NCBI GenBank assembly: GCA_038825875.1
Contig: JAWBOS010000004.1
Span: forward strand, 1 to 61,664
Direction of reading: 5' to 3'
Length of the DNA stretch: 61,664 nucleotides
From: Candidatus Woesearchaeota archaeon
Lineage (GTDB): Archaea; Nanobdellota; Nanobdellia; Woesearchaeales; JAWBMQ01
Shown: positions 1 to 9,215 of the stretch, piece after piece
Position numbering within the stretch: position 1 is the first letter of the stretch
Layout of the letters: each line of letters begins with the position of its first letter
Notes under the pieces: generated by a model
Told to the model about the DNA's origin: nothing
Databases searched by the model: none
The model's input: the letters and a program-made list of their open reading frames with translations, nothing else
Program-made: the position numbers and the translations under genes

Positions 1-1440
1 TGACACAAGCTAGTTTCCTGACGCTTTGGGCTAGGTGAACACGTCTAGTCTGACGTGTCAAGCAGGATAAACCTGGGGAGTATCGTAATGATGAGAACCA
101 GGTTAAACTGTGATGAGCCTGAAAGGGTTTCACTGATGCCTAGAGCCCATGAAAAGGGAAACTAGAACGATTCCACAACTCCGTACCGAGTACCGGCACA
201 GGTGCTCCTAGCTGAGAAGGCTAAGGTGTTTGGGTGCAAACCTCTCGAGGGAACTCGGCAAATTGGCTCCGTACGTTCGCAAGAAGGAGTCCCTGAGATC
301 TTCAAAAGGGATCTTAGGGGGCACTGACAAGGGGGACCGGACTGTTTAACAAAAACACATCCTTCCGCTACATCGAAAGGTTGTGTATGGAAGGTGAGGT
401 CTGCCCACCGCAGGTGCTTGAACCCTCGGTTCAACGAGGATAAGACCCTGCAAAGGGCGGGAGTAACTCTGACTCTCTTAAGGTAGCGAAATACCTTGTC
501 GCTTGAATGGCGACGCGCATGAATGGCCCAACTAGGTCCCCACTGTCCCCGGGAGGAAACCCCTGAACATATCTTCCAGGTGCAAAGACCTGGGAGGCCC
601 AGTGGGAAGCGAAGACCCCGTGAAACTTTACTGTAGCCTGTTGTTGAATAAGACGTTTTGATGTAGAGCGTAGGTGGGACTCGCCGAAGCGTGGTCGTCA
701 GGCTGCGTGGAGAGGAAAGTGGAACACCACCCTTCAAGATGTCTTATTCTAACCTCTTCGGAGGGACAGCGGCAGGTGGACAGTTTGACTGGGGCGGTAC
801 TCTGCTGAAAAGATATCAGCAGAGTCCAAAGGTCAGCTCACCCGAGTCAGAAAGTCGGGGTAGAGTACAAAGGCAAAAGCTGGCTTGACTGGATTGTGCA
901 CAGCGAGCAATCCAGGTGCGAAAGCAGGGCTTAGCGAACCCCAGTATGCCCCTTAATGGGGCTCTGGGACGACAGAAAAGTTACTCTGGGGGTAACAGAG
1001 TCGTCTCGCCCGAGAGTTGATATCGACGGCGAGGTTTACTACATAGCCGTCGGCTCATCCTATCCTGGCTGTGCAGAAGCAGCCAAGGGTAGGGGGGTTC
1101 ACCCGTTAAAAGGGTTCGTTAGCTGGGTTCAAAACGCTGCGAGGCAGTTTGTATACTATCTACTGGGCCTGTTGGGTCGCTGAGGGGAACCTTCTTCTAG
1201 TACGAAAGGAACGAAGAGGGGGCGCCACTGGTATACCGGTTGTCCGACAGGGCATCGCCGGGCAGCCACGCGCCAAGGGATAAGGGCTGAAAGCATCTAA
1301 GCCCGAAACCCTCCTCGAAAAGAGCGACCTGTTTGAGGCTCCGCTAAAACAGCGGGTTGATAGGACAGCGGTGTAAGCAGGGAGCCGATAGGCGACCTGT
1401 TCAGCCGGCTGTTACTAATCGCCTCAGGTGCGATCTTCGA
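1..1440 (+). rRNA. rrl: 23S (LSU) rRNA, 3' ~1.44 kb; the 5' part lies outside the window and the 3' end is approximate
   Basis: Conserved LSU blocks read directly: GGGAACTCGGCAAATTGG (249-266), GACTGTTTAACAAAAACAC (340-358), CTTAAGGTAGCGAAATACCTTGTCG (477-501), GAAGACCCCGTGAAACTTTAC (611-631), GGGGTAACAG..ATATCGACGG (~990-1030), sarcin-ricin loop TAGTACGAAAGGAAC (1198-1212), GCTGAAAGCATCTAAGC (1286-1302). GC content is far above that of the flanking DNA. Confidence 0.93.
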
Positions 1441-1505
1441 GCCTGTGGTTGGTTCTTTTTCTTTTAGAAAACATTTTTAAAAAGGGATTCGTTTCTCAAG
1501 AAAAG

Positions 1506-2264
1506 ATGCAAGAATTTGAAGATAAAAGTGATTATAAGCATGTTAATATAAATAGATTCTATAATAGAGGTACAAAAACTATTTTTGTTGTCGGCGATAC
1601 ACATGGAAAAAAATTGCAGCACTCTTTTGAAATAGATGCTATTTTTCATATAGGTGATTTCACAGATCATGGCAAGAATTTAGAAGAAATGTTGGAGTAT
1701 TTTAATTCCTTGAGAATTCCTTTTGTTTTTTTGCATGGAAATCATGAGGAATTTGATGGAATCTCATTTACTAATTATGCAATTTCAGAGACTATTGAAA
1801 AGATTTTGAGAAAAAGAAATTTTTCAAATCTTATCTATCTAAATAACAAGATTATTGAGTTTTTTGGAGTAGTTGTTGGTGGATCTCCAGGTGGAGGATA
1901 TGATTTAAATTATCCTAATCTTGAGGATTTAGAAAAAAGGCTATCTTCCTATGCTTATAATATTGATATTTTGTTAACTCATGTTCCACCTTATCTTACT
2001 TTTTTAGATATCCTTAAAGTTCCTTTTGATCCTCAAAAAGAAAAGTTTGAAGGCATAATTGAAAGAGATGAAACAGGATATAAGAAATGGAAACATATAG
2101 GGAACGTTCATGTTCGAGATTTTGTAGAAAAGTATGAACCTCAGTATCTTTTTTGTGGGCATATTCATGAATTGAGTGGAGAAGCATTTTTTCTAAATAG
2201 TACCTTGTGCGTGAATGTAAGTAACGCTCCTCACTACTTAACTTTCGAGGTTTTCAGACTCTGA
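1506..2264 (+). CDS. calcineurin-like metallophosphoesterase
   Basis: Motifs VVGDTHG, IGDFTDHG, HGNHEEF, LTHVPP, CGHIHE. The track start 1428 lies inside the 23S rRNA, so I used the first in-frame ATG after it (1506). Confidence 0.8.
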   Translation: MQEFEDKSDYKHVNINRFYNRGTKTIFVVGDTHGKKLQHSFEIDAIFHIGDFTDHGKNLEEMLEYFNSLRIPFVFLHGNHEEFDGISFTNYAISETIEKILRKRNFSNLIYLNNKIIEFFGVVVGGSPGGGYDLNYPNLEDLEKRLSSYAYNIDILLTHVPPYLTFLDILKVPFDPQKEKFEGIIERDETGYKKWKHIGNVHVRDFVEKYEPQYLFCGHIHELSGEAFFLNSTLCVNVSNAPHYLTFEVFRL

Positions 2265-2777
2265 TTTATCTTCATCAATTACTTGTTCTCTAAGCTTTTC
2301 TACAATCATATTTAACTGATTAACATTTTCAACAAATTGTGGAATGATTTTTTGAAAAACCTTTTCTACTGCTTTTACATTACTTCCTATCTTTATAAGG
2401 TGATCATCGTATTCTCCAATTTTACCGATTACACTGTTCTGAAGATTTTTAAAAGATTCCTTGAGATCTTGAATTTTTGTATCCATTTCAATGTACTTTT
2501 GATTTATTTCATTTTTCCATTTGTTAAGTTCTTCAACCATTTTTTCAATGTCTGTCCACTTTTCTTCAATAAGCGTTTCTACTGTTTTTTCTATGTAATC
2601 TTTGATCTCTTCAGTGATTTGAGAAACATTTAATCCTGTTCTTGCCATAGAAATCATTTCTTGAATGTCTTTATCTGTGAATCCCTGTCCTTTAAGGGAT
2701 TGCGTTATTTGATACTCAGTATAACCTTGTTGAAACCAACTTTTTATTTGATCTACTAGTGCTTGATTGTATGTCAT
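2238..2777 (-). CDS. hypothetical coiled-coil protein
   Basis: 179-aa ORF with charged heptad-like sequence and no recognisable catalytic motif. It overlaps the preceding convergent gene by 27 nt. Confidence 0.5.
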   Translation of the reverse strand: MTYNQALVDQIKSWFQQGYTEYQITQSLKGQGFTDKDIQEMISMARTGLNVSQITEEIKDYIEKTVETLIEEKWTDIEKMVEELNKWKNEINQKYIEMDTKIQDLKESFKNLQNSVIGKIGEYDDHLIKIGSNVKAVEKVFQKIIPQFVENVNQLNMIVEKLREQVIDEDKSESENLES

Positions 2778-2914
2778 GATAAAAAATACAATAATTTTAT
2801 TCTTTTTATTTTTTATGTTTCACTAATAAAAGAGAAAAAACCAAACAAAAAGTTACATTTAAGATTTAAGGGGTTAGAATGAAAATACACAGAGAGAAAA
2901 GTACATTTTTTTAT

Positions 2915-3562
2915 CTAAATTTCAAATTCTAAAATTTCCCTTTTTTCCTTTTCAAGGAGAATTTCTCTTTCAATTTTACCTGTTCTCTTTGCCTTTTCTC
3001 TTATCAAAGGATCATTAAGATTTGTAGGTAATTCAATCGATTCAACAAATATTTTATACTTGATCATACCTTTTAATTTTTGGGGTTCTATCTGAAAGAT
3101 ATCACAAATAATTTCCTTGGTTTTTTCACTGTTTGAAACATCCAATCTTGCAAAATCATCTTTCAATTCAGATGGCTTAGGAAGTGATTTTTTTGTTTTT
3201 AGTTCAAATAAATCATTTTTCATCTTTCCCAAGAAATAGCCATGCATATCTAAGATTTCACTGATGTTGAATTGTCCTTTTATTTCATATTCATAAACCT
3301 TTTTTGTTTTATTATATTTTCCATTCAATGGCAATTCAGAAGAGGATATGTATTTTCCTTCACATTGTACAACGGGATTTAATTTGCAAGCAATTTCGAG
3401 CAGCTCGTGCCAGTCAAATGGCCCAGTTTTTATCGTTATCTTGTTCTTGCTTTCATTGAAAGTAATCGGCTCTTTTTCAAATTCTCCTTTGCTAAATCTC
3501 GCAAATCTCTTTTTTGTTAAAGAACTTATCGTTTTCAGATTTATTTCTTTCCAATAGCTCAT
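2915..3562 (-). CDS. hypothetical protein
   Basis: 215-aa ORF with coding-like composition; no motif recognised. Confidence 0.5.
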   Translation of the reverse strand: MSYWKEINLKTISSLTKKRFARFSKGEFEKEPITFNESKNKITIKTGPFDWHELLEIACKLNPVVQCEGKYISSSELPLNGKYNKTKKVYEYEIKGQFNISEILDMHGYFLGKMKNDLFELKTKKSLPKPSELKDDFARLDVSNSEKTKEIICDIFQIEPQKLKGMIKYKIFVESIELPTNLNDPLIREKAKRTGKIEREILLEKEKREILEFEI

Positions 3563-3580
3563 TCTTTCACCATTTTTGAT

Positions 3581-3910
3581 TTATTTTGTAGAATCAATTT
3601 CTGAATTTATAGAATAATTATTATTGATATTTGTTAGATTCTCTGTTTGATTCAAGATGTTCTTTTTTTCAATCAATTCTTTGGTGGTTTCAATAGTTTT
3701 ATTTATGCTGACATTTTCTGGTAACCAGGGTTTTTTTATTGCGTAAATGGTTACATCATAAACGTTTTTTCCAATTTGCAAAAACCAAGAGCCAATGTCT
3801 TTAATTAATTGTATTCTGCCCTTTTCCTCGCTTAAATCATAGTTTCTGTTGGTAATGATCAATATAATTCCCAATAGTACTAAGATTATAGCAATAGTTC
3901 TAAGTTTCAT
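3581..3910 (-). CDS. hypothetical membrane-anchored protein
   Basis: N-terminal hydrophobic segment IAIILVLLGIILII followed by an Asn-rich tail. Confidence 0.5.
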   Translation of the reverse strand: MKLRTIAIILVLLGIILIITNRNYDLSEEKGRIQLIKDIGSWFLQIGKNVYDVTIYAIKKPWLPENVSINKTIETTKELIEKKNILNQTENLTNINNNYSINSEIDSTK

Positions 3911-4041
3911 TTTTCACATAAGAGTGTTTTCTTCTTTATATGTTTTATGTTTAGAATTTTTTAATGATTTTGTGTTGGACCTTAATTTTTATCATTCCCT
4001 ATAAGAGAGGATGATTTCCAAAAGAATTTGCAAGGAAATAC

Positions 4042-4114
4042 TGGGCTGGGCAGGATTTGAACCTGCGACCTTCGCCACGTCAGGGCGACGTCATAGCCTC
4101 TAGACTACCAGCCC
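4042..4114 (-). tRNA. tRNA-Val (anticodon GAC)
   Basis: The reverse complement GGGCTGGTAGTCTAGAGGCTATGACGTCGCCCTGACGTGGCGAAGGTCGCAGGTTCAAATCCTGCCCAGCCCA folds as a cloverleaf. Acceptor is GGGCTGG/CCAGCCC, anticodon stem TCGCC/GGCGA, loop CTGACGT, T-arm GCAGG-TTCAAAT-CCTGC. Confidence 0.92.
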
Positions 4115-4208
4115 ATTTTGAGTGATTTGGAGTAAAAAACGTTAAAGAAAGTTTATTTATAAAAGTTATGTTTTTATTGCTTGTTATTGATTTTATCTTT
4201 CAAAGAAA

Positions 4209-4224
4209 CTTTTATAAATAAAAA
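4209..4224 (+). promoter_or_regulatory. TATA-box/BRE-like promoter of tRNA-Leu
   Basis: CTTTTATAAATAAAA is centred ~30 nt upstream of tRNA position 1. The same 16-mer occurs inverted at 4152-4167, facing tRNA-Val. Confidence 0.5.
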
Positions 4225-4245
4225 CCAAATCATATTATTGGTTTT

Positions 4246-4375
4246 GCGGGGGTGGCCGAGCTTGGTCAAAGGCGCTAGACTCAAGATATTTGAGTGCTGA
4301 TCAATGATGCAGCAATTCCACTATGAGGAATCTAGTCCCATAGTGGGTTCGTGGGTTCAAATCCCTCCCCCCGCA
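4246..4375 (+). tRNA. tRNA-Leu (anticodon CAA) with a ~44-nt intron after position 37
   Basis: Acceptor GCGGGGG/CCCCCGC, anticodon stem CTAGA (4275-4279)/TCTAG (4331-4335), loop CTCAAG..A interrupted by 4286-4329. Long variable arm CCCA-TAG-TGGG, T-loop TTCAAAT with one U-U mismatch in the T-stem. Confidence 0.88.
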
Positions 4376-4446
4376 AGGTTTTAAATTTTTCTTGTTGTTT
4401 CACTTAAAAAAATTTATAAATTGAAAAGCCTAAAATCTTAACAATT

Positions 4447-4992
4447 ATGGCAAAAAAAAGCGTAGAATCTTTGATAAAGGATCTGAAAGAAAGAGGATGG
4501 AGTGATGAAGATATAAGCAGAGTTGTAGAATATTATCAGAAAACTCAAGATTCCAAGCGTTTGACATTGATTATAATATATTGGCTTTCCCTTCTTGTTA
4601 TAATAATTACAAATTTTCTTTTGACTGCAGCAATTATTCTTTTTTTAATTACACTTCCAATTGCATTGATTTATTTCTTAGTAATTTTAATAGCATTGAG
4701 TTTTGGATTTTTGCTTTTGATAGTTCTCAAAGATATTAGGATGTTAGATCCAGAACATTATGTTTTAATTTCCATATTTTTTCCCACAATAGCATTTATC
4801 AATGTTTTTATAATTTCCACGATTTCTAATATTTTAAGAAATTCTTTAGGTTTAATACTTCCAGATCCTATCATAATTAGTCTCGTATATGTTTACTCTT
4901 TTTCTCTTCCATATCTCATAAACTTGTTGAAAGAAGGAATGAAAGAAGAAAAGGAATTGCATTATTGGGTTTCAAAGGGATTAGTCAAATGA
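4447..4992 (+). CDS. hypothetical polytopic membrane protein
   Basis: 181 aa with a soluble N-terminal ~35 aa followed by 4-5 hydrophobic segments. Confidence 0.55.
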   Translation: MAKKSVESLIKDLKERGWSDEDISRVVEYYQKTQDSKRLTLIIIYWLSLLVIIITNFLLTAAIILFLITLPIALIYFLVILIALSFGFLLLIVLKDIRMLDPEHYVLISIFFPTIAFINVFIISTISNILRNSLGLILPDPIIISLVYVYSFSLPYLINLLKEGMKEEKELHYWVSKGLVK

Positions 4993-5466
4993 TTCCTTTT
5001 GTGTCATTTTAGAATAGACTTCTATGAACATTTTGTGTGCTTCGTCAACAAAACTTTTTATCATTTTATAATTTTCAATAACAGAATCAATATCTACAAT
5101 ATAAAAGACAAGAGGTTCAATTTCCACAACCATCTTCATGTGTCTTCTGTATTGATTTACTATTATCTTTTTGCTTTTCTTAACAATTTTGAGAAGATTG
5201 TAATATCTAACAATTGTTTCAGCAAAGTTTTTTTCATAAAGTTGTAAGAATATTTCAATTCGCTTACTTTTAGGAAAAGGCTCTTCTCTTTTTAGCATTA
5301 TCAAAAAATCGATCAAATTGGATAATGTATTACATAGTCTTTCAATAATAGTTTCTAGGATGTCCTGAGTTCTTGTGTATTTTAAGCTAACGTAAATTGA
5401 ATGTTCCGCCCTCTTTAATTCAGAATTAGTATTTTCGAAAGAGTCTACTAAACTTTCAAAGTCCAT
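4981..5466 (-). CDS. hypothetical protein
   Basis: 161-aa ORF predicted to be helical; no motif recognised. Confidence 0.45.
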   Translation of the reverse strand: MDFESLVDSFENTNSELKRAEHSIYVSLKYTRTQDILETIIERLCNTLSNLIDFLIMLKREEPFPKSKRIEIFLQLYEKNFAETIVRYYNLLKIVKKSKKIIVNQYRRHMKMVVEIEPLVFYIVDIDSVIENYKMIKSFVDEAHKMFIEVYSKMTQKESFD

Positions 5467-5517
5467 TCAAGGTATGAAAATAAAAGCAATTTTATAAATG
5501 TTTTTTTAAGTATTAAA

Positions 5518-7059
5518 TTATGCTATCTTCTTCAACATTTCATAATATGAGATATCTACTCTCTTTCTTAAAATATCTATTACAAAATAGTTCCATGTTT
5601 TTTCATAAGGGCAATTCATCTTATCATTCAATTTTTCAAGATAGATGTAATGATCCTTCTTTAATATAAAAAATTCTTCAGGATTCAATTCTTTAAATCT
5701 TTCAGTTATATTCCAATACTCTTCTTTCCAGTCAGGCATTTGTTTAGGATAAACTAATAAAACATTATAACAATTTAGAGTTTCTGAAAAATTTAGGTGT
5801 CTTAGCATAGGAAAAATTCTCATATTTAATTCCAGATTTTGAGTAAGAAAAATCATAGAAATGTGATAATTTGTTTCAAGTGCTTGATTTGGATTAATGT
5901 TAGAGATTGCATCCTTAAGGATATTTTCTTCAAACTGTTGGTATGATGTGTAATTATTTAGCATTTTTACTCCAATTACAAAACTAACTAAAAATATAAC
6001 CAATAAAATTACATATTTCACATATATCAAGAATTTATTTTCTAAATTATAAAAAATCTTTTCAAGAGCATTAGTAAGGAAATATGAGCAAGGAAGTACA
6101 ATGAGAAAGAGATATCTTTCTATCTTTATTGGTGTGTAGGCAAATCTTAAGACAATAAAGATCAAAAGAGATCCGATTAGCATATTTTTTTGAAAATTTT
6201 TCCTGTCATAGAACAAAGAGTATGCAAAAATCAAAATGCTAGGAATCAAAAAAATTAAAACACTTTCAAAATGTTTTACTCTTAAAGGTTCAAAAAGATA
6301 ATCATGAAGATAGATATTGAAGAAATAGGAATCAATCAGGGGTTGGAAGGGTAACGCATAAAAAACTCCAGTAATAATTCCAAAAATAGTTAGTGGAATT
6401 AAAGCACCAATCAAATCCTTTACTATTCTTTTTATTTTTTTATTTAACTTATCTTTTGAGAATATAGGAAAAATAATGAATATCAAATACAGGATGGATT
6501 CAAATCTTATCATAGAAGACAATCCAAACCAAAAACCACTTTGCTTTGCTTTTATTAGATTTGAGAACGCTATCATTAAAACGCTTAAATGCAATAGTTC
6601 AGTTCCTTCTCTTAAAGCATATTGTATAAAGAACGGATTTGCCATAAAAACAAAAAAAATGATCTTGTTTATTTTGAACCCCTCACAAAACTTTCTCAGG
6701 GAATACACAAAAAAAAGAAGATTACTCAAAATAAAGATAAAAATTGCAATATTTCTCACAAGAAATATATTTTTTGAAAATAAAAATAAGAGACCTTCAA
6801 TAACTGAAAAGAAAAGAGGAACAACATAAGCTCGATTTGGCTCGAAATACCACGAATTGCCATAAGACGTGTTTAAGAATTTATTTAACAAATATTCGCC
6901 ATTCAAGATATACACTTTAAAGTCTTCTCCTACATAAGGAAATTGATATTGATAGATGAATAATAGAATTAGAAAAAATACCGCCTCTATTATCCAATTT
7001 GGAGTTTTTGAAACTCTCAAATCCTTTTTATGGGTTTTTTGTCTTTTTTTCTTTTTCAT
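5518..7059 (-). CDS. large polytopic membrane protein, possibly a GT-C type (PMT/ArnT-like) glycosyltransferase
   Basis: 513 aa with >10 hydrophobic segments and a C-terminal soluble domain. The function is guessed from architecture only. Confidence 0.55.
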   Translation of the reverse strand: MKKKKRQKTHKKDLRVSKTPNWIIEAVFFLILLFIYQYQFPYVGEDFKVYILNGEYLLNKFLNTSYGNSWYFEPNRAYVVPLFFSVIEGLLFLFSKNIFLVRNIAIFIFILSNLLFFVYSLRKFCEGFKINKIIFFVFMANPFFIQYALREGTELLHLSVLMIAFSNLIKAKQSGFWFGLSSMIRFESILYLIFIIFPIFSKDKLNKKIKRIVKDLIGALIPLTIFGIITGVFYALPFQPLIDSYFFNIYLHDYLFEPLRVKHFESVLIFLIPSILIFAYSLFYDRKNFQKNMLIGSLLIFIVLRFAYTPIKIERYLFLIVLPCSYFLTNALEKIFYNLENKFLIYVKYVILLVIFLVSFVIGVKMLNNYTSYQQFEENILKDAISNINPNQALETNYHISMIFLTQNLELNMRIFPMLRHLNFSETLNCYNVLLVYPKQMPDWKEEYWNITERFKELNPEEFFILKKDHYIYLEKLNDKMNCPYEKTWNYFVIDILRKRVDISYYEMLKKIA

Positions 7060-7145
7060 AATTTATTACATTTATTTTTGAAAAATTTTAAATAATTTTC
7101 TAAAAAATTTCAAAAAACTTTTAAATACTTAAAAAAACAAAAAGC

Positions 7146-9215
7146 ATGATGCCAACAGAACTAATAATTGCTGAAAAACCAGCTGCAGCTAAGAAGATAG
7201 CTTCAGCGCTAAGTCAGAATTACAAGGTTTTGAGGTATAAATCTGTTCCATATTATGAATTAGTTCTTAATAATCACAATATTTATGTTGCTTCTGCTGT
7301 AGGTCATTTATTTACTTTAGATGAGCAAATAAATTCTTCTCAATTTCCTGTTTTTGACATAGTTTGGAAAAAGATATATGAAGTTGAAAAGAGTGCAAAA
7401 TATACAAAGGATTATATTGATCTTTTAGAAATGTTGCTTAAGAAAGTTGATTATGTTACAATAGCAACAGATTATGATATAGAAGGAGAGGTTATAGGTT
7501 ATAATATTCTAAGATTTATTGGAAACAGAAAAAATGCATATAGAATGAAATTTTCAACTTTAACTCCACAAGAGTTGAGAGAGTCTTACTTTAATAAGTT
7601 ACCGACAATAGATCTTAAAAATGCTCTTGCAGGTGAAACTAGGCATATTGTTGATTGGTATTATGGTATTAATCTCTCTAGAGCTTTAATGAATTCTACT
7701 ACTCTAGCAGGAAAGAGGTTAATATTATCAACAGGAAGAGTTCAGGGTCCAGCATTGAATATTTTGGTTAATAGAGAAAAAGAGATTGAAAGTTTTGTTC
7801 CTAAAATATTTTATAAGCTTTCAGCCATATTAAAAACAGATCTAGACTTTGAAGTTATTTTTGAGAATGAGAGGATTGAGGATGAAAAAGAGGCAAAATT
7901 GATATATGAAAAAATAAAAAATGAGAAAACTGCAAGAATATTGAATGTTAAAAAAGATATTGAAAAACTAAATCCTCCTGTTCCTTTTGATCTAACAACT
8001 TTGCAAACAGAAGCATACAGAATTTATAGGATTAAACCTCAAGAAACATTAGAAATTGCTCAAAAACTATATTTATCTTCATACATTTCCTATCCAAGAA
8101 CATCATCTCAAGTACTTGATCCAAGAATCCAATTTTCCAGAATAATAGATTCTCTAACAAAGCATGAGCAATTTGCATCTGCAAGATTTCTGCTTCAAAA
8201 ACAATTAAGACCCCACAATGGGAAAAAAACAGATCCAGCACATCCTGCAATATATCCTACTGGTATTTTTCCTTCAAAGTTAGAACCAAGAGAGTGGAAT
8301 TTATATAGTTTGATTGTGAGGAGATTTTTATCTACTTTTTATGAACCAGCAGAAAAAGAAGTAGTTACTTTTGATGCATTAATTGGAGATTTCAAGTTTA
8401 AGGGAAGTTTTCAGAGAATCATTAAAAAATCTTGGTTAGAAATTTATCCATTTGTTGATATTGAAGAGGTATTTGCTAGGTTGGATGAGTTTGCAGATGT
8501 CGTAAAGATTAATTTAAGGAAATCTAAAACAAAACCACCTGCTCGATATACTCAAGCCTCTTTGATTAGAGAGCTTGAAAAAAGAAATCTCGGAACAAAG
8601 GCTACTAGAGCACAGATAATTCAAACACTATATCAGAGAAAGTACATTCACTCAGATCCAATAATTGTTACAGATTTAGGAAAATCCATAGTCAAGACAT
8701 TATCTAATTATGTACCAAAAATCTTAGATGAAAAGATGACGAGAGAGTTAGAAGAAAAAATGGATAATATTAATAATGAGACGGATGAAAAGGAAGTGCT
8801 AGAAAATGTCAAGGCAAATCTTGTAGAAATTATGGATGATTTTAAGAAAAAACAAATAGAGATAGGTAAAGAACTTTTAGATTCCTTGAATAGTTATGTT
8901 TCTTCTAATTTTTCAATAGGTACGTGTTGGCACTGTGGAAAAGAGTTAATAGTGAAACAAGGGAAGAATAGAAAATTTGTTTCTTGCACTAATTGCGGTT
9001 ATAGGATATTTATTGGTGGAGGTCTTCAGAGAATTCTTAAGAAAAATTGTGAGTGTGGATTTAAGTTAGTCAGTATTAAAGTTGGAAAGGAAAATTATCA
9101 CATATGTTTAAATGAGAAATGTGAAAAAAACAAAAATCCAAATGTAAAACTTTATTTTACTTTATTTGATCGTCAAGAAAAAAATGAAAACTCAAAACAA
9201 ATGCGTAGTAGTTAG
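7146..9215 (+). CDS. topA: DNA topoisomerase I (type IA)
   Basis: Toprim start LIIAEKPAAAKKIA, acidic motif ATDYDIEGE, active-site region ISYPRTSS, C-terminal Zn ribbons CWHCG..CTNCG. Confidence 0.93.
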   Translation: MMPTELIIAEKPAAAKKIASALSQNYKVLRYKSVPYYELVLNNHNIYVASAVGHLFTLDEQINSSQFPVFDIVWKKIYEVEKSAKYTKDYIDLLEMLLKKVDYVTIATDYDIEGEVIGYNILRFIGNRKNAYRMKFSTLTPQELRESYFNKLPTIDLKNALAGETRHIVDWYYGINLSRALMNSTTLAGKRLILSTGRVQGPALNILVNREKEIESFVPKIFYKLSAILKTDLDFEVIFENERIEDEKEAKLIYEKIKNEKTARILNVKKDIEKLNPPVPFDLTTLQTEAYRIYRIKPQETLEIAQKLYLSSYISYPRTSSQVLDPRIQFSRIIDSLTKHEQFASARFLLQKQLRPHNGKKTDPAHPAIYPTGIFPSKLEPREWNLYSLIVRRFLSTFYEPAEKEVVTFDALIGDFKFKGSFQRIIKKSWLEIYPFVDIEEVFARLDEFADVVKINLRKSKTKPPARYTQASLIRELEKRNLGTKATRAQIIQTLYQRKYIHSDPIIVTDLGKSIVKTLSNYVPKILDEKMTRELEEKMDNINNETDEKEVLENVKANLVEIMDDFKKKQIEIGKELLDSLNSYVSSNFSIGTCWHCGKELIVKQGKNRKFVSCTNCGYRIFIGGGLQRILKKNCECGFKLVSIKVGKENYHICLNEKCEKNKNPNVKLYFTLFDRQEKNENSKQMRSS

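Noticed and set aside
88-136. C/D-box-sRNA-like arrangement ATGATGA ... CTGTGATGA ... CTGA near the window start
   Set aside because: The equivalent region of E. coli 23S domain III (..GCGUGAUGACGAGGCAC..GGUGCUGAAGC..) has the same UGAUGA/CUGA kink-turn elements. The spacers (13 and 16 nt, with no D'/C' gap) do not fit archaeal sRNA geometry. This is part of the rRNA.
162-1183. Track ORFs 162..737(-), 691..888(+) and 956..1183(+)
   Set aside because: They lie entirely inside the 23S rRNA. Their GC-rich, Arg/Gly/Pro-rich translations are typical artefacts of translating structured RNA.
4296-4310. CTGA followed by ATGATG inside the tRNA-Leu intron, a possible intron-encoded C/D box guide as in tRNA-Trp
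   Set aside because: The order is wrong (D-like before C-like), the C box is imperfect (ATGATGC), there is no second box pair, and the intron is only ~44 nt.
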